Below are positions 21,158-35,400 of a stretch of DNA of 64,000 bases, piece by piece. This stretch comes from the human T2T-CHM13v2.0 reference genome, Homo sapiens. Made by a program: the position numbers and the translations under genes. Numbering within the stretch: position 1 is the stretch's first letter; each line of letters begins with the position of its first letter. Location of the stretch: the NCBI RefSeq assembly GCF_009914755.1, contig NC_060926.1; one strand, given 5' to 3'. Under the pieces are notes generated by a model. It saw only the letters and a program-made list of their open reading frames with translations. It was not told the DNA's origin and made no database searches.

Positions 21158-22811
21158 GAAATCATAGATGACACAAACAAATGGAAAAACATTCCATGCC
21201 CATGGATTGCAAGAATCAATACTGTTAAGATGTTCATACTGCCCCAAGAAATCTACAGATTCAAGCTATTCCTATTAAGCAACCAATATTGTTTTTCATA
21301 GAACCAGAGAAAAACTATTCTAAAATTTATATGAAACCAAAAAAGACCCAGAATAAGCAAAGCAATCCTAAGCAAAAACAACAAAGCTGGAGGCATTACA
21401 TACCTGACCTCAAACTATACTATAAGGCTATAATAATCAAAATAGCATGGTACTGGCACAAAAATAGTCATACAGATAAATGGCACAGAATAGAGAACCC
21501 CGATACAAAGTTGCACAGCTGTAACCATCTGATCTAAGCCATCGAAGTTAATAAGTGGAAAAATGACACCCTATTCAATAAATGGTGCTGGAATAGCTGG
21601 CTAGCCATATGCAGAAGAATGAAACTAGACCACTACCTCTCACCATATTCAAATATTAACTCAAGATGGATTAAAGATTTAAATGTAAGACATCAAACTA
21701 CAAGAATCCCAGAAAAAAGACCTAGGAAACACAATTCTGGATGTTGGCCTTGGGAAGGAATTTATGACTAAGTCCTCCAAAGCAATCGCTACAAAAACAA
21801 AAATTGACAAGTGGAATCTAATTAACTTAAAGAGCTTCTGCACACCGAAAGAAACTATCAACAGACTAAACAGACAGCCCACAGAATGGGAGAAAATATT
21901 TGCAAACTGTGCTTTCCATAGAGGCCAAATATCTGGAATCCATAAGGAACTTAAACAATTGAACAATAAACAATATATAACCCCATTAAAAATTGGCAAA
22001 AGATATGAACAGACATTTATCAAAAGAAGACATATGAGCAGCCAACAAACATTAAAAAATGCTCTACATCACTAATCTTCAGAGCAATGCAAATCAAAAC
22101 CACAGTGAGTTACCATCTCACACCAGTCAGAATTGTTATTATTAAAAAGTCAAACAACAGCAGATGCTGGTAAGGCTACAGAGAAAAGAGAATAGTTTTA
22201 CACTGTTGGAGGGAATGTAAATTAGTTCAGCCACTGTGGAAAGCAGTTTGGAGACTTCCCAAAGAACTTACAACAGGACTACTATTCAAACTAGCAATCC
22301 CATTACTAGGTGTATAGCCAAAATAAAATAAATTATTCTACCGAAAAGACACATGCACTCATATGTTCATCACAGGACTATTCACAATAACAAAGACGTA
22401 GAACCAGAGTAGGTGCCCATCAACAGTGGATTGGATGAAGAAAATGTAGTACATATACACCATAGAATACTATGCATCCATAAATAAGAATGAAATCACA
22501 TCTTTTGCAGCAACATGAATGCAGCTGGAGACCATTATCCTAAGCAAGTTAATGCAGAAAAATAATAAAAAAATACCACATGTTCTCACTTATAAGCAGG
22601 AGCTAAACAATGGATAATCATGACCATAAAGCTGGCAACAACTGACACTATTAGAGGGGTCTAGTAGGGAAGGATGGAGAAGGGCAAGTCTTGAAACCCT
22701 AACTATTCAGTACTATGCTCAGTACTTGGGTGACAAGATCAATTGTACCCCGAACCTCAGCATCACAAAATATACCCAGGTAACTTGAGTCTAAAATGAA
22801 AGTTGAAATTA
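21158..22811 (+). mobile_element. 5'-truncated LINE-1 (L1PA15/16-like)
   Basis: ORF2 C-terminal fragments (21289-21537, 21764-22075) and a 3' end ...tctaaaatgaaagttgaaatt. Candidate TSD core atagtctta at 21149-21157 and 22838-22846. Confidence 0.9.
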
Positions 22812-23869
22812 TGTATATATATATATAGAACTGTCTTATAGTCTTAACTTTAGCTTCTTTACTAACTCATCCAGATCCTACTTTAAGTAATTTCTAGACC
22901 TGGCTAGTAAACTCTGAGACCGTCCATTTTCACAGCCTGCTGCAGAATAAACTTGGCAGCTGAGACCTGTTCTTTGAATTTCAGGCAGTTGTATCTAATT
23001 ACTTACTAGAAAGCTCTTCTTGGATGCTCCTTGGACAACTGAAACAACCTATAAAAAACTGAAGTCATTATTTCCCCTATGAAAACCAGTTTCTACACCA
23101 GCATTCCTTAGCTCAGTGAATGGGATCCTACAATGCATTCACATTACGTTACATTACACATTACATTTGTCCAAGAAAGAAAGAAACCTGGGAATTGTCC
23201 TAGATTTCCTTGGTCCCCTGTATGTTCAATTTTATACACCTTCCATATCTCCTCTCCACTGCTACTTAGTTCAGGTTTTCAACATGTCTTGAATGAAAAG
23301 TATGTCAAGACCTATGAATGTATGTATGTGTGTGTATGTGCAGGCACACAGCGTACTCACACCAACATTCTTCGTAATATTGTAACAACAGAGGATTAGT
23401 TATATAAATCATTCATGGATAATATTCCATACAATATAATCCTGTGCAGACATTAAAAGATTGATATGTATATATTTTTATATGTAAAGTTCTGCAGAAG
23501 GAGGTGTGTAGTATGGTTGCATTTATAACTTATAATGTATATACATGTATATTTGAGTAAACCTGATTTTTTTGAGTGGGGGAAGAATATAACCTGAAAG
23601 TGAATAAGTGTTTACATTGGGGATAGGAAGGAAGGGTTGGGTAAGGAAGAAGGATTTTCTGTTTCTTTTCTTTGTTTTAGGTGATGCTTGCATTTTTTTC
23701 TCATTCAGTTCTTTAAAAATCTGTTCTTATAATTCCAGTGAACTTCTTCATATTATGATAACTTCTCAGACCTAAGAAACAAGGGATAAAATTTAAATTC
23801 AAGGAATACAAGTATAGGAGTAAAATCCTTTTATGGGATGAATAAAATAAGAAGGCAGCTGGGAAGTAC

Positions 23870-24828
23870 TGAAGTAGAATATTTCCCTGACCCCTCTGTG
23901 GGACTTGCCCCAGGGGTGCCTCGTTTACTCAGCTCACGGATCTCAACTCCTCCGCTGAAGGGAGCACATGAGCGAATGAGTGCGGGAACGAGTGAATGAG
24001 TGCTGGAAGAGGCTGGCTGCTTGGGTGCCGGCAGGATCGAACTCCACTCACTCGGACCCACTGACTTCCACCCTTCATGGGAGGGAGCACATAGGTGAGC
24101 GGGTACAGGAACCAGACGGATGCTGAAGTGCCGGCTGGAGTGAACTCCGTGCAGGTCCGCAGCAGTATCCGGGCAGGGTACCCACGACTCCTGAAGCCCC
24201 AGAGGGCGCGTTATGGTGCTCGTTTAGCTCTGCTGTCCGCGGACAGCTTAAGTGTTAACAGTTCAGTGAACCCTTTGCCTTTTCACGTGGGGTAGCTGCC
24301 CTCAAGCAGCGAAGGCAAAGGGCCAGTGTGGCAGCCTTTTGTGTCTGCATTTGTGGCTCCCGAGCTCTTGCCTAGTGTCCAAAAATAAAAAATAAAAAAA
24401 ATGAGGTAGCACAAGTGAATTGAATGATGGTAAATGCGGAGCATTTTATTGCCAATTAAAATGGCTCTTAGCAGGAAGGGGAGCTGAGAATGGGACTGAT
24501 CAGAAAGGTACTAGCCCCCTGAAGTCCGGCCCTCTCCAGCCAAATTCTTCTCCGGTTACATCATCAAGCTGTCCCTCTGAGGCCAAGCCACTTCTCTGCG
24601 ACGCCCAGCCATAGTTCCATCTACCAGCTGAGTCTGGAATTTTTATAGACACATGATGGGGCAGGGGGCGGGCCATTGGTGGTTTAGGAAAAGGCAACAT
24701 TCAAGCAGGAAAACAGGGATATAAGTTCTCACTTTGGGCCACGATTTCAGGCTTTTTGGCTTGAGGGTGGAGTTTCTCCAGGGACCCGCCCTTTTCTGCC
24801 TAGAGTGTATCTGCTCCTGTTCCTATCA
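23870..24828 (-). mobile_element. ERV1-class solo LTR (LTR27/LTR1/LTR28/MER52-like group)
   Basis: TG...CA termini and 4-bp TSD gtac (23866-23869, 24829-24832). Minus strand starts tgataggaacaggag...gggcgggtccctgg...ccaccctcaagcc. TATA at 24641-24647 and AATAAA at 24445-24450. Confidence 0.88.
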
Positions 24829-25164
24829 GTACTACCATCTCAGAGAAACTGAAATTGCATCAAAATGCTGGTCCCTTTCCTAGAGTCTTCCAAAATGGGC
24901 CCTTTCTAGGCTTTTATGGAACCTAGATTTGATCTATCCTCCAAAGAAAAAACATGAATTGGAAATGCTGAGGTCTGGGTGTGCTAATATGTGGCTGAGC
25001 ATTGATAAAGCCTGGTTAAGGAAAGCTCAAGGGAGGGAGTGATGTTTACTTGAAGTGGCTTCCTGAGAACAGTTGGATCCCTAAGATATCCATTTGTGTG
25101 TACTGAAACCTTCAGAAGAACACCTAGTACCTATTTACTTCCTCAGTACCTAGCAATGAGCATC

Positions 25165-25378
25165 AATCTGTTGCTATGTTCTGTTCTATGGGCTTTATGT
25201 ATGTTTTTAATCCTCATAACAACTTGTAAATTAAGTATTACTAATATTCCTATCGTGCAAATGAAAAATCTTAAGTTTAGAGAGGTTAGGTAACTTGTCA
25301 TGGTTAGATAGTAAGTATCAGAACCAGGATTTGAACCTAGGCTATCTCGCCTCAGAGCCTGGGTTGTTAACTATGAGT
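25165..25378 (-). mobile_element. MIR
   Basis: ttaatcctcataacaac...agagaggttaggtaacttg...ggatttgaacctagg. Confidence 0.75.
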
Positions 25379-26054
25379 GTTAGCAAAAGAAATGTCTGGA
25401 TTACACATGCGGATGAATGCAGGGTCCAGGCGGATAATATAAGTGAATGCAAAGGATCAGTTGTAAGGCATCAAACAGGAAGTGGAGGGAACTATGTGAA
25501 CCAGAGAGCTTAGAGCAGATCTGGTGCTGTCACAGTGCCTGATTTTCTGGAAGTCAAGATTCAGAATGGCTGTTTCTATATGTTCAGGCCTTCCTCTCCT
25601 ACTTTGAGCAAGTGCTGACTTTCTTGAGTCCTTTGACACAGAGTAGTCGGGTGGCTGCCTGTTTCCTTGGCACCCATTGGTCTCAGCCTGAAGATTTCAT
25701 GCCTTCTGAGCTCCATATATTTTGGTGTAACTGGATTGTTAGAATAAATAAGCAATTCACTTGTGTTTTATGTGGAGGTAATTTTGACAACTTTCATAAA
25801 GTAGGTAAATACTTTTAAAATCTGTCTCAAAATGTATAAGTTACTGTTGCATTAGGAAAATGTCTGCCTACCTGCCAGACTAGTACTTAGAGAACAGATA
25901 TAGCTAATAAAAGTATTTAACTAGAGATATATCATCCGTTCTCTTTATTTTCTCAAATATCAGAAATGGAGACTATTATATGATCAATATATAAGGTTGC
26001 AGCTCAAATTGAAAATGGGACTTTGCTTCCATCTCCTCTTTTAAAAATAAAAAT

Positions 26055-26258
26055 GTTATTAAGCACTTATTGAACTAGACACTTCATCCATATTATTTCA
26101 TTTAACCCTCATAAAAACCCTATGAGTAGATACAATTTCACATCATTAAAATGAGAAAACCAAGACTCTGAAAGGTAATTATGTACTTAAAAAAAATCAC
26201 TGAGTAAATAGAATCATGGGGATTTCAACCTAGTTGTGTGTGATTCTAACATCACTGC
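26055..26258 (-). mobile_element. MIR
   Basis: attatttcatttaaccctcataaaaaccctatgag...aatgagaaaaccaagactctg. Confidence 0.65.
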
Positions 26259-26329
26259 CTGAATTTCAATTCTCCTGTTTTTTTCTGTGTTCTCCTAATG
26301 CTTTTAATTTTCATCTTTATTGCATAACT

Positions 26330-27293
26330 CTCCATTAGGCATTTTCAGCTGTTTCTAAGTTGTTATCATTGCCATTCCTGCATATACACTCCATTGTCAA
26401 TGACTCTGGTCATGTTCAGAACAAACCTCATGATCACCTCATGTTCCATACCCTCCCCATCCTGTTGGTGAGGCCAGAAACCCTGGAGTACCTCATCCCC
26501 CATACAATCTATCTTAAAGCCCTCCTGATTTTACCTCCTAAACATTGTTCAATTACAAACGGCTCTTTTTGTTTCAATGGTTACCATTCTAGACAGAACT
26601 ACTATAAGTTCTAACCTTGCACTTCTGCTGTAGTTCTTATCCTCTATGGCCTCTCTTCATCTGTGACTTTATTCTCCATGGAGGGAAAGCCAGGAAGATC
26701 ATTTCTATGCAAATATTGATCAAACCAAAAAGACAATCACCCTTATTCCACTCTCAAATCCTTGCTTTAAAAAAAAATCAGTAGTTTTTTTTTGTCATTT
26801 TTAATGCAGAGATCAAAATATTTAGCCAGATCTAAAATGCCTACCTCAGCCGACATCTGTGAACCTCTCATGACTTCTCATACCACAAAACCCATTTCTC
26901 TTTTCATTCGAGCTTCAAAGAGAGGCAGAACAATCCAAGTTCCCCCTGCCATTGGGTCTTTGCACACATCATTTTTTGTGTCTAATAAACTCCCTCCTAC
27001 TTCTCTTTCATGGTCACTACCCACTCTTTCTTTTTCCCTCAGTTTAACATTTATACTTTGGGAAACCCTCTCCCAGCCTTCCTAGCCAGATTTTCCCCAC
27101 TATTGATGATGCAACACTTCACTTCTTAGACCCAGAACTTAGTTTTACATCTACTTGGGTGATATAATCTGCGGACAGATTCTAGGCTTCATATTTGGGA
27201 GCCATTTTTGTACATTGTTGTATTCCCTAAGCCTATCTCAATTCTGGAAAAAGTAGTTATTTAATGTTTCTTGAAATGAATGAATGAGTGAAT
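26330..27293 (+). mobile_element. L2 3' fragment
   Basis: Degenerate L2 3' sequence ending tgaaatgaatgaatgagtgaat. Confidence 0.55.
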
Positions 27294-27879
27294 TATTTTT
27301 TTGTTTATGTTATTCCCCCTGTACAAATCAAAAATGGTCTTCTTTTCATTCAGTAACTATTTTAAAAAGATCTATGAAGTTTGCTCCAACAATTTCAGTG
27401 AGCAATATCTTCCTTCTTTGAATATCACAAAAATTATAAATTCCATACTATTGGCCTTTACTTGTTCTTTCTCTGTTTCTAGGAGATATGACTCTTAAAA
27501 TCTAGGGTCAAACTGGGCACTTTTGCTGATTTACTTCCTCCACTGTCTCCCTCCCTCCAATGCTTGTTTCTTAGTGCCACAAATAAAATGCTACTAGTTT
27601 AGATTTGGTACTAAAAAAATACTAATTGATGTAAGGTTTCATGAAACTCATTAGGAAATTCATGGATAAAATGTGAGAGGAATAACTTCTCTAGATGTTT
27701 AAAAAATAGTATGACAAAACATAAAATATGTTGAAAAGAAAAACAGGGAACATAACATAACAGACAAATGCCAACAAAAAAATTAAGGATAGAAACATGA
27801 GAGTCATATGGCATGAAACCTAAGAGAAAACTGTATTAGAAAATAAAAGGAATCATTTATATTGATTACAAAAGAATCT

Positions 27880-28037
27880 GCCAGGCACAGTAGTGTGTGT
27901 CTGTAGTCCCAGCTACTCAAGAAGTTGAGAGGGAGGATCCACTGAGCCCAGGAGTTCAAACCCTGGGCAACATAGCAAAACCGCCTCTCAACAACAACAA
28001 TACAAAAAAAACAAAACCAACCAACCAAACAAACAAA
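27880..28037 (+). mobile_element. Alu monomer (FLAM/FAM) with CAA/CAAA-rich tail
   Basis: gccaggcacagtagtgtgtgtctgtagtcccagctact...ctgggcaacatagcaaaacc. Confidence 0.85.
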
Positions 28038-31000
28038 AGATAAACCCAGTACCTTTCACATTATAAACCCATATGCACTGAATTACATGGGGTCAATATT
28101 GACAGAGCAAAATCTGACAAAAATACAAAGCGAAACTGAAATAACAAAATCCTATGAAGCTTTAATCTAAAACTCTCAGATATAGTCATGAACACAAACA
28201 AACATATAGGAACACACTTAAATACACATAAGAACTTTCTCACACAACACTAAAGACAACAAGTAGAGATCTCACATTGTTTACTAATGCCCTCATGGTA
28301 TTTATAGAAGTTTTGCATATGTTTGGGTCAAATTAAATTTCATTGACTTGCTAAAACTAGATACCACTAAAGCCACATTGTGTAGAAACAAAGCAAAATA
28401 AGGAGAGCATAATGAAAGGTTATCTAATCACTAGAAATCTATATACATTAATTTTTCCAATGAATCTTAAGTTAAAAATGAAATCACAAAACAGCTGTAT
28501 GAAAGGTATCAGCAAATTATACTAAATGCAACCAAGTGGTACTCAAAAGAAAATTTATGGTATATGAGGATTTTTAAATTAAAATAAATGCATTTAGGTA
28601 AGATACATATAAGATAAAATATGCCTATATTTGGACTAATGTTGCTATTTTGTGATATTTCTTTGGATCTTTTTATGATAACTTATTTCAGATGAAGTTG
28701 AATTTCTTCTCACTTCTCTCTAAGGCTCAGCACCCTGTATCACAAATTGAATGTGTTCGAAGTACTTATTTCAATACTCTTAACAGTTATTTATAGCATG
28801 AAAAACCATATAGTATAATTTTATTTTTAGTCACCTGTATGTTATGTAACAACATTCAATTTGCTTTTTTCCTTGACATTATGTTTTCAGGATCAACTCA
28901 TACTGATAAATGTATAGAGACCTCATTCACTCATTTTATCTGCTATATAATTCGTTCAGTTTATTCAGTCTATTTACCCACGATTAGACCTTTAGATAGT
29001 TTTCAGTTGTTTGTGATTACAGACAATACTGAAGAAGACCATCATTATTCCGATCTTCTTATTTACCTGTGAAAGAATTTCTCTAAACCTAAAATTGGAT
29101 TTATACCTAAGAAGTAATATTATTAAGTTATGAGTTATATATACAAAGATATTCAGTGTGGGGTTAAAGAGCAACAAATTAGAAACCACTTGAGTATCCA
29201 TATGATTAATAAGTTAAGATACACGCTGGGGTGATAGTAAAAATAGTAAGCAATAACAAAAATAAACAACAGTGCAGCCCTGGTGCTGACTAAATAGAAT
29301 GCATTAATCAGAGTGGACATGGATTGTACATAATTGGCACAAGAATACCACTGTCTACTAGTTTGATTTCAGCCACAGATACATCATTTTAGGCAGCTGC
29401 TTTTAAATTGGGGACTGGTATGAATTACACTTGAAGAATTTCCATAATATTCTGTTTAAAGGAAATAAAGTTGCAGATTTCCATCTATAAATTTAACATG
29501 ACTTTTTTTGGTGAAAAATAGGAAGAAAAAATTCACTGTTTACATGACAGAGTTGTGGTGTATACACTTTTCTGTAATTTTTTGCAATATTTAGTAATAT
29601 TTAACTCATAATTTGCATTAATGTTTTTGATTTATCAATTGTATATCCTTCACTGTATTTTCTTATTTGCCTTAATCCTTCCTTTAAACAGCTTGTCTCT
29701 TTTGCTTCATGTCTCACCAAAAGTTTGGCAAATTAGAGAGAAGAGGGGAAAAATGTAGTCAGTTTTTAGAGTTTTGAATTTCAGAAGTTTAACATGCAGG
29801 AAAAAAAGGAAAGAACTCAAAAAATGGAGAAGAAATTTGGGAGAACACATGAAAGTTAGAAGATGCTACTCTGACCACTTCCCCACCAGAGAGAAAAGAA
29901 GAGTTAAAGAGTGAGCAGTAAGATTTTGATAGAATTAAGTAAGCAAGAAAGATACTTAGAACCCCTTCCTTCAGCCATCCTGGGTCAAAGCCAGATTAAG
30001 CCCAGGGTAGGGTAATGACAGACTAAAGATGGGTTTGAATATTTAAAAGATGTGAGGACTGGGGCCCCTCTCCGGATAAGAAATAGTTGTATGTCATGTC
30101 TAGGCAGATGAGTCTGGGTTAATTTCAAAAGTCAGGACACCCAGGATCGTGCCGGAGTGGTATAAGGATTCCTGTACTCCCAAGGGAAGATCATAATACA
30201 TCTCCTCTGTCCAAGAATGACATGAACTTAATACTGGGAGTCATCTGACCTGCCAAGGCTCCACAGGGAAGGGACTTCTGCAAATCCACAACCCAGAACA
30301 ATTAGACAAGAATCACCTCAGTAGATGCCACAATGGAAAGATAAGAACGAGAATAAGATGCCATGTGTGCTCCTCCCTAAGCCTTCGCATTTTGTGAGCT
30401 CCTAACTATAGACTTAACTCTGAGGAAGAAGGTGGGTGAGATGGAGGGGAAGAACTGCTCTGATATTATGAGAGCTCTTTCTATAAGTTATGGAAAAATA
30501 AAATTACAGTATTTGTATATTTGAGTTTGTAGAGTAAAATTTGTATCTGCTGCCACCTGGATCTTTTTCTCCTTTCACTTTCTTAAAATCCCAAATTTTA
30601 CTGTTGCGCATCCCATAGGGAGCTTTTATGGAATAGATAGAGATTTTCACTTTTTTTTTTCCTAGAAGCTTGTATGTTACAGTGAACTTTATTTTTAACA
30701 GCAGCATGCACTTCTGTAATTCAAAATAACAAAATAAAAATTGATATTTCCCTCCGTACATATAAATAGTAGGTAAAAAAATCTTAAATTATTTCTTGAA
30801 ATTTACATATTTCTAATATATCTTTTTGTTATTAACTACAGTAATCATTCATATTTTCTGCATTTAAATTTAAAATTATTTGATCAAGTAAAATAGATGA
30901 AGGCATTTTTTAAATAAAAAGAATATTGTCCAATGGACCTCTTCTTTTCATACTCTAATTTCTTGGCAATTGTAGCAACTATTAGCTCTGCTTATGCCTG

Positions 31001-34000
31001 TTAATAGCTGGATGGAGTCTTTCAGAATTTTCTTTCTAGGACAGCAAGGCAAAATCAATGGCAGTTTCATCTCTCTTGAAGATTGATGCAGCCTTGCAAT
31101 GCTTAGCAAAACCATGTGATCTTTTAATCAATCACTGAAATAAATCTATGCAACTGGTGTCAGGAACCAAAGTCATTTCACACTCACCTTCCCTGTTGTT
31201 TAGAATCAAAGGAAATGAAATCTAAATTAGACTTGCCGAGCCATACTATGCAGCCTCCACTCCCAAAGGAATTGAAACTTTGTCACTGTTCAAAAGACTT
31301 GTCTTGCAATAAGAAAATATGAAGGTTTGTCTATAAATATGAAAGCGATGGAGAATCTCCTTTGGTCCTGGCTCATAAATAGGCTAAGCCAGAATACTGT
31401 TGCATGAAACCATAACTTCTAATCACTGGCATATAAACAGTAGCTGTATCTTTTCATAGATTCTGGAAAGATTTTGCAGAGATCTTAGGATTCACTACCC
31501 TGTCTCACATAAGATTTAATGAAACATTTGTATACTGAAGATTATCTTTTTACTCTTATCCCGAGGAAAGACATTTCTCTAAAAATGTAATTTATAGCCT
31601 CACCCTCTTCACTTCTAGGAATTTCTTCCACATAAAATCAACTCTTTATTCAATCCAGGTAAAGGGAAAGATGAGTGAACCAGAGAGTACAGAATGATAA
31701 ATAATTTAAAAAGTAATTCAACCTTGCCCTGCGGTGTTGTGGGAGAATTGCATAGTGAAGAAAAATATGATGATATCTTAGTAATGTTTTTAAGAACTTC
31801 CATTAGCCGACCCACCCCAAATCCAAGTGTGTATTAGGGAGCGGCCATATTCAGTGTTTTTCTCAAATTCAGGACAAAAATAGCACTTAAGTCACCTCTT
31901 CAGTCTCTAATCGAACATGTAGCCTCTCTCTGAACACTTTGTTCGTTGCCTAGGATCTAATTAGATTTGTAAATACAGGGAGAAGCAGAAATATATAGTT
32001 GACTAAATAGATGTATCTCCCTGCCTTGCGCCTATAGCCAAACAAAGTCACTAAGTGAGCCTGCAGAACCCCTCAATCCCTCCTCCAACTCCATCTATCT
32101 TTTGCTTTCCATTCATAGTAGTCAGCATGATGTAGCATATGAAACCTAGGCTCAAAAGCATGCTAGGATCTTCTAGCAGATTAGAGGAATGGAAAAGGAA
32201 CGGAGAACATGAACAGTGTTGAGAAGTTAACTCAACTGTAATCATGGCTACAGATGAGGGGAGTCAGTGACCATCCTTATCTCTGGATCCATAGAGGTAT
32301 GATTAACTTGAACTTGATTCTGGCTGTTCTAAATACCCAAGAGCATGCGCTGTAATAGTTGAGACAAAACAGTAGTTGTTCCAAAGTGGTATTTTATGAG
32401 GGGAGGTGATGGTATCACAATTCTAGACTCTCCCAAGCAACAGTTAGGTGTATATCCAAATGAAATTCCAGTTCCCTGGAAGAGGAAAGTTTCAGCAGTA
32501 TCAGAGGTAGCCCAGTGTGCAGCAGAAGCCAGGACATATGAGTAGACTAGACAAACAAGTGGACTTCAGGTGGAAAAGCTGTGGTTCTCTGGACAAAAGA
32601 TTGTCCAGGCATCCCTTAAGCACACCAGGTACCTGAAGATCAATCAGATCCCATTAGCTGGTCACCTGGAAGCTACTGTTATGTGCTCTACTTTAGTCAA
32701 AATTGACTCAGAAACTGGACAAAAATGAGCCTTTAGGTTGAGGTCTCAGGGCTGAAGATACAGCAGAGCTGAGAAAGTCCTGAGCACCCGTTTTGTATGT
32801 TAGCCATATGTTTGGGATCCTCTCCCACCCCATCACTGTGCCTCCAGGTGCCCAGGGGATGTATGACATGGATAAACTACAAGATTCCTTCTAGGAAGCA
32901 TTTCTCTCTCTGATCAGAGTTTAAGACCACATCGTCTGTTATTTTTAAGTCTAAGTTTGAAGATGATTTATTGTCATTGCAAAGCATATGCTACTTTGTG
33001 TTTTATAAATGGAAACTGGGTGAGATGTATCCTTTGAAAGATATTCTTCCGGGCTATGTTTAATCAAACTCTAGCACTCACAATGTTGTTCTTGGCAAAA
33101 TTTCAAAATAAAGGCCACTCTGAGGACAGGACATAAAATTATATTATAGCGAGCAGTATTTAAGCAAGATATCAAGATGACAATGCTGATTGCAGTGACT
33201 TTGGAATACAGGACTGTAAGGTCACACCATGTTGTAAAATTAGGTCAGAACATTTTTGATAATAAGTTATGTTTAAGGGTGATATCACCTAGAAACAGAC
33301 AACTCGGGTCTTAGGATTCCATGGTCTTGTTGTATTATGAAATATAAAATATATCATTAAGATATTTAACCAATGCAAGTGTAACATTTTCTTTATTGAA
33401 ATAAAAAATAATAAAAAGCAGGTGATGTACGAAGAATAATATAAACTATACAAGAAGTAGATAGTTACATACTGGAAGATGCATATCTAAAGTTCTTATG
33501 CCAGGGATTAGACATAGGCAACACAGTAGTATGAATTCTAACAGTACTGATTTTGATTCAAAATTAATAAGTGGTCTCCTCCACAGTGGTGAAGTCTATT
33601 ACCTCCTCTGTTTCCAATTTGATGAACAGGATCAATCAGCATTCAGAAAGGTGATCTTCATGTCTCCACATGTCTGTGTCTACTAAGAATGCCTCTACCA
33701 CCTGGAGAGGAGTCTAGCCTGAAACATTACTCTTGTTGGAAATTTTTTTCTAACTATTTTTCTTTGGAGGTATGACACAGTATGCAACTACAGTATTGTT
33801 GAAAGAGATTTTGGAGTTTCAAGAGCACAGTAGCAAGAACCTCATATCCTTCAGAGCATGGTCTGTGTTCTTTGCAGTTCTGTGCAGATTCTGAAATAGA
33901 ATGCTAAAATTACAGACTTGGATTCTGTGTTTGTTCTCAAGCCTTGTGATATAAAGGTATTAAGTTTTCTTCCCAAATAACAATAAAATGTTTCTTTCAT

Positions 34001-34589
34001 TTGATTATCTAGTGTGGCTGGGACTACATCTTGTGCCAGATTAGAAAGAATGATTTATCCATTATCACCTTTTACTCATATAGTAAGGAAACAAAATCCT
34101 GTTAAATCCATGAGTCTGTACCTCAAGGATCCTTTTGTTTTGGATAAATAGGTGCCTCTGAGCCAGTTTAATTTTCCTTTAGAGGTAGGGAGCTTAATGT
34201 AAGGACTAGTCTTTGAATTTATAGAAAGCTGAGAGGCTATGTCTGCACCTGCTTCAGTTAAATAATCGCAAAGCCATTTTGAGTGTAACTTCTGGACAAA
34301 TCAATTAGGAATGGCCTGTTTCAAAGTGAGATCAGAAATTTATGATATATATGGCAAAGGTGAAACAAAAGATGATTTTTGCACAATAAGGAAGATGTAA
34401 GAAAAAGTCACATGTGAGTGAGAAAGTCTACAGGTCTTGCTACTTCAGTAACGGCCAAAATCTCCTAACTCAGGGTGGGCTTTCTCCAAAGACCCTGAGC
34501 AGGCTGCTGCTTGTTTAGATCAGACAGCATAGCCACCTGCCCGGTGCCCGTTCTTTCTTGTTCAAAAGGAAGAGCCTAGAATTAAAACA

Positions 34590-35400
34590 AAAATCACAGG
34601 ATTGAAACTCAAAGATCCAGTCTAACCATCCATCTAATTTTTGTATCTCTGTTGCAATATCTCTTCTGCATGGTCATCCAGTATCAGAGAATTTATTCTC
34701 TCTCAAAGCACTTCATTTCATATTTGTAAAGCTCCAACCATTAGAAAGATCTTGCTTGTTAAGACTTGAATCCTCTGTTTATAGCTGCTTCTACTCACTC
34801 TTGCCAGTTTTACTACTTCGGGTTGTACTAAATAAATGTAATCCCCCCTGACTGTGTCAGTTCCTCAGATATTGGTGGACAGCTATCATATTATCCCTGA
34901 GGCCTTATTTATTGTTTTCCTCAGTGGTAAATACTGCCAACTCTTTTGATCATTTTTAATCTAACATAGTGTTGGAATCCTTGCTTTCTAGTTGTTTTTT
35001 TTTTAAATATATCTGAGTTTGTTTACAAGTTTGTAAAAATGCAGTATTAGGCCCAGAACCCATTCTAAGATTGTAATAATCCAAAAACAGAGGGGAGCTG
35101 GATCCTTGCTTTCCTCTAATGAGGTTCAGTGCCTCCCTTGGTGCAGATTAAGTTCACTATTTTTGGCATCCTCAAAATTCCATTGACTTTTCTAGAGCTT
35201 CTTCTTCAGCAAAACTTCTGCATCTTTTATATTTGTAGTCTGTTGATAAGACACATTTTTCTCATTCTGTACTTGGGCAGTTGTTTTAGACTCAAATACA
35301 GGACCTTGTATTTTTCTGGGTTAAGTTTTAGCATATTAAAATCAGACCAATACTCAGGTCTCCCAGAGTCTTTTTGTATCTAAATGTGGTCAATAAACAT
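34590..35400 (-). mobile_element. L3/CR1 fragment
   Basis: Degenerate CR1-like sequence (tcacaggattg...gatccagtctaacc; ttagaaagatctt; gacagctatcat). Confidence 0.5.

Noticed and set aside
29700-33000. Possible ancient repeats or lncRNA exons in mid-window unique-looking DNA
   Set aside because: Too degenerate to classify by eye. No convincing ORF, splice architecture or termini.
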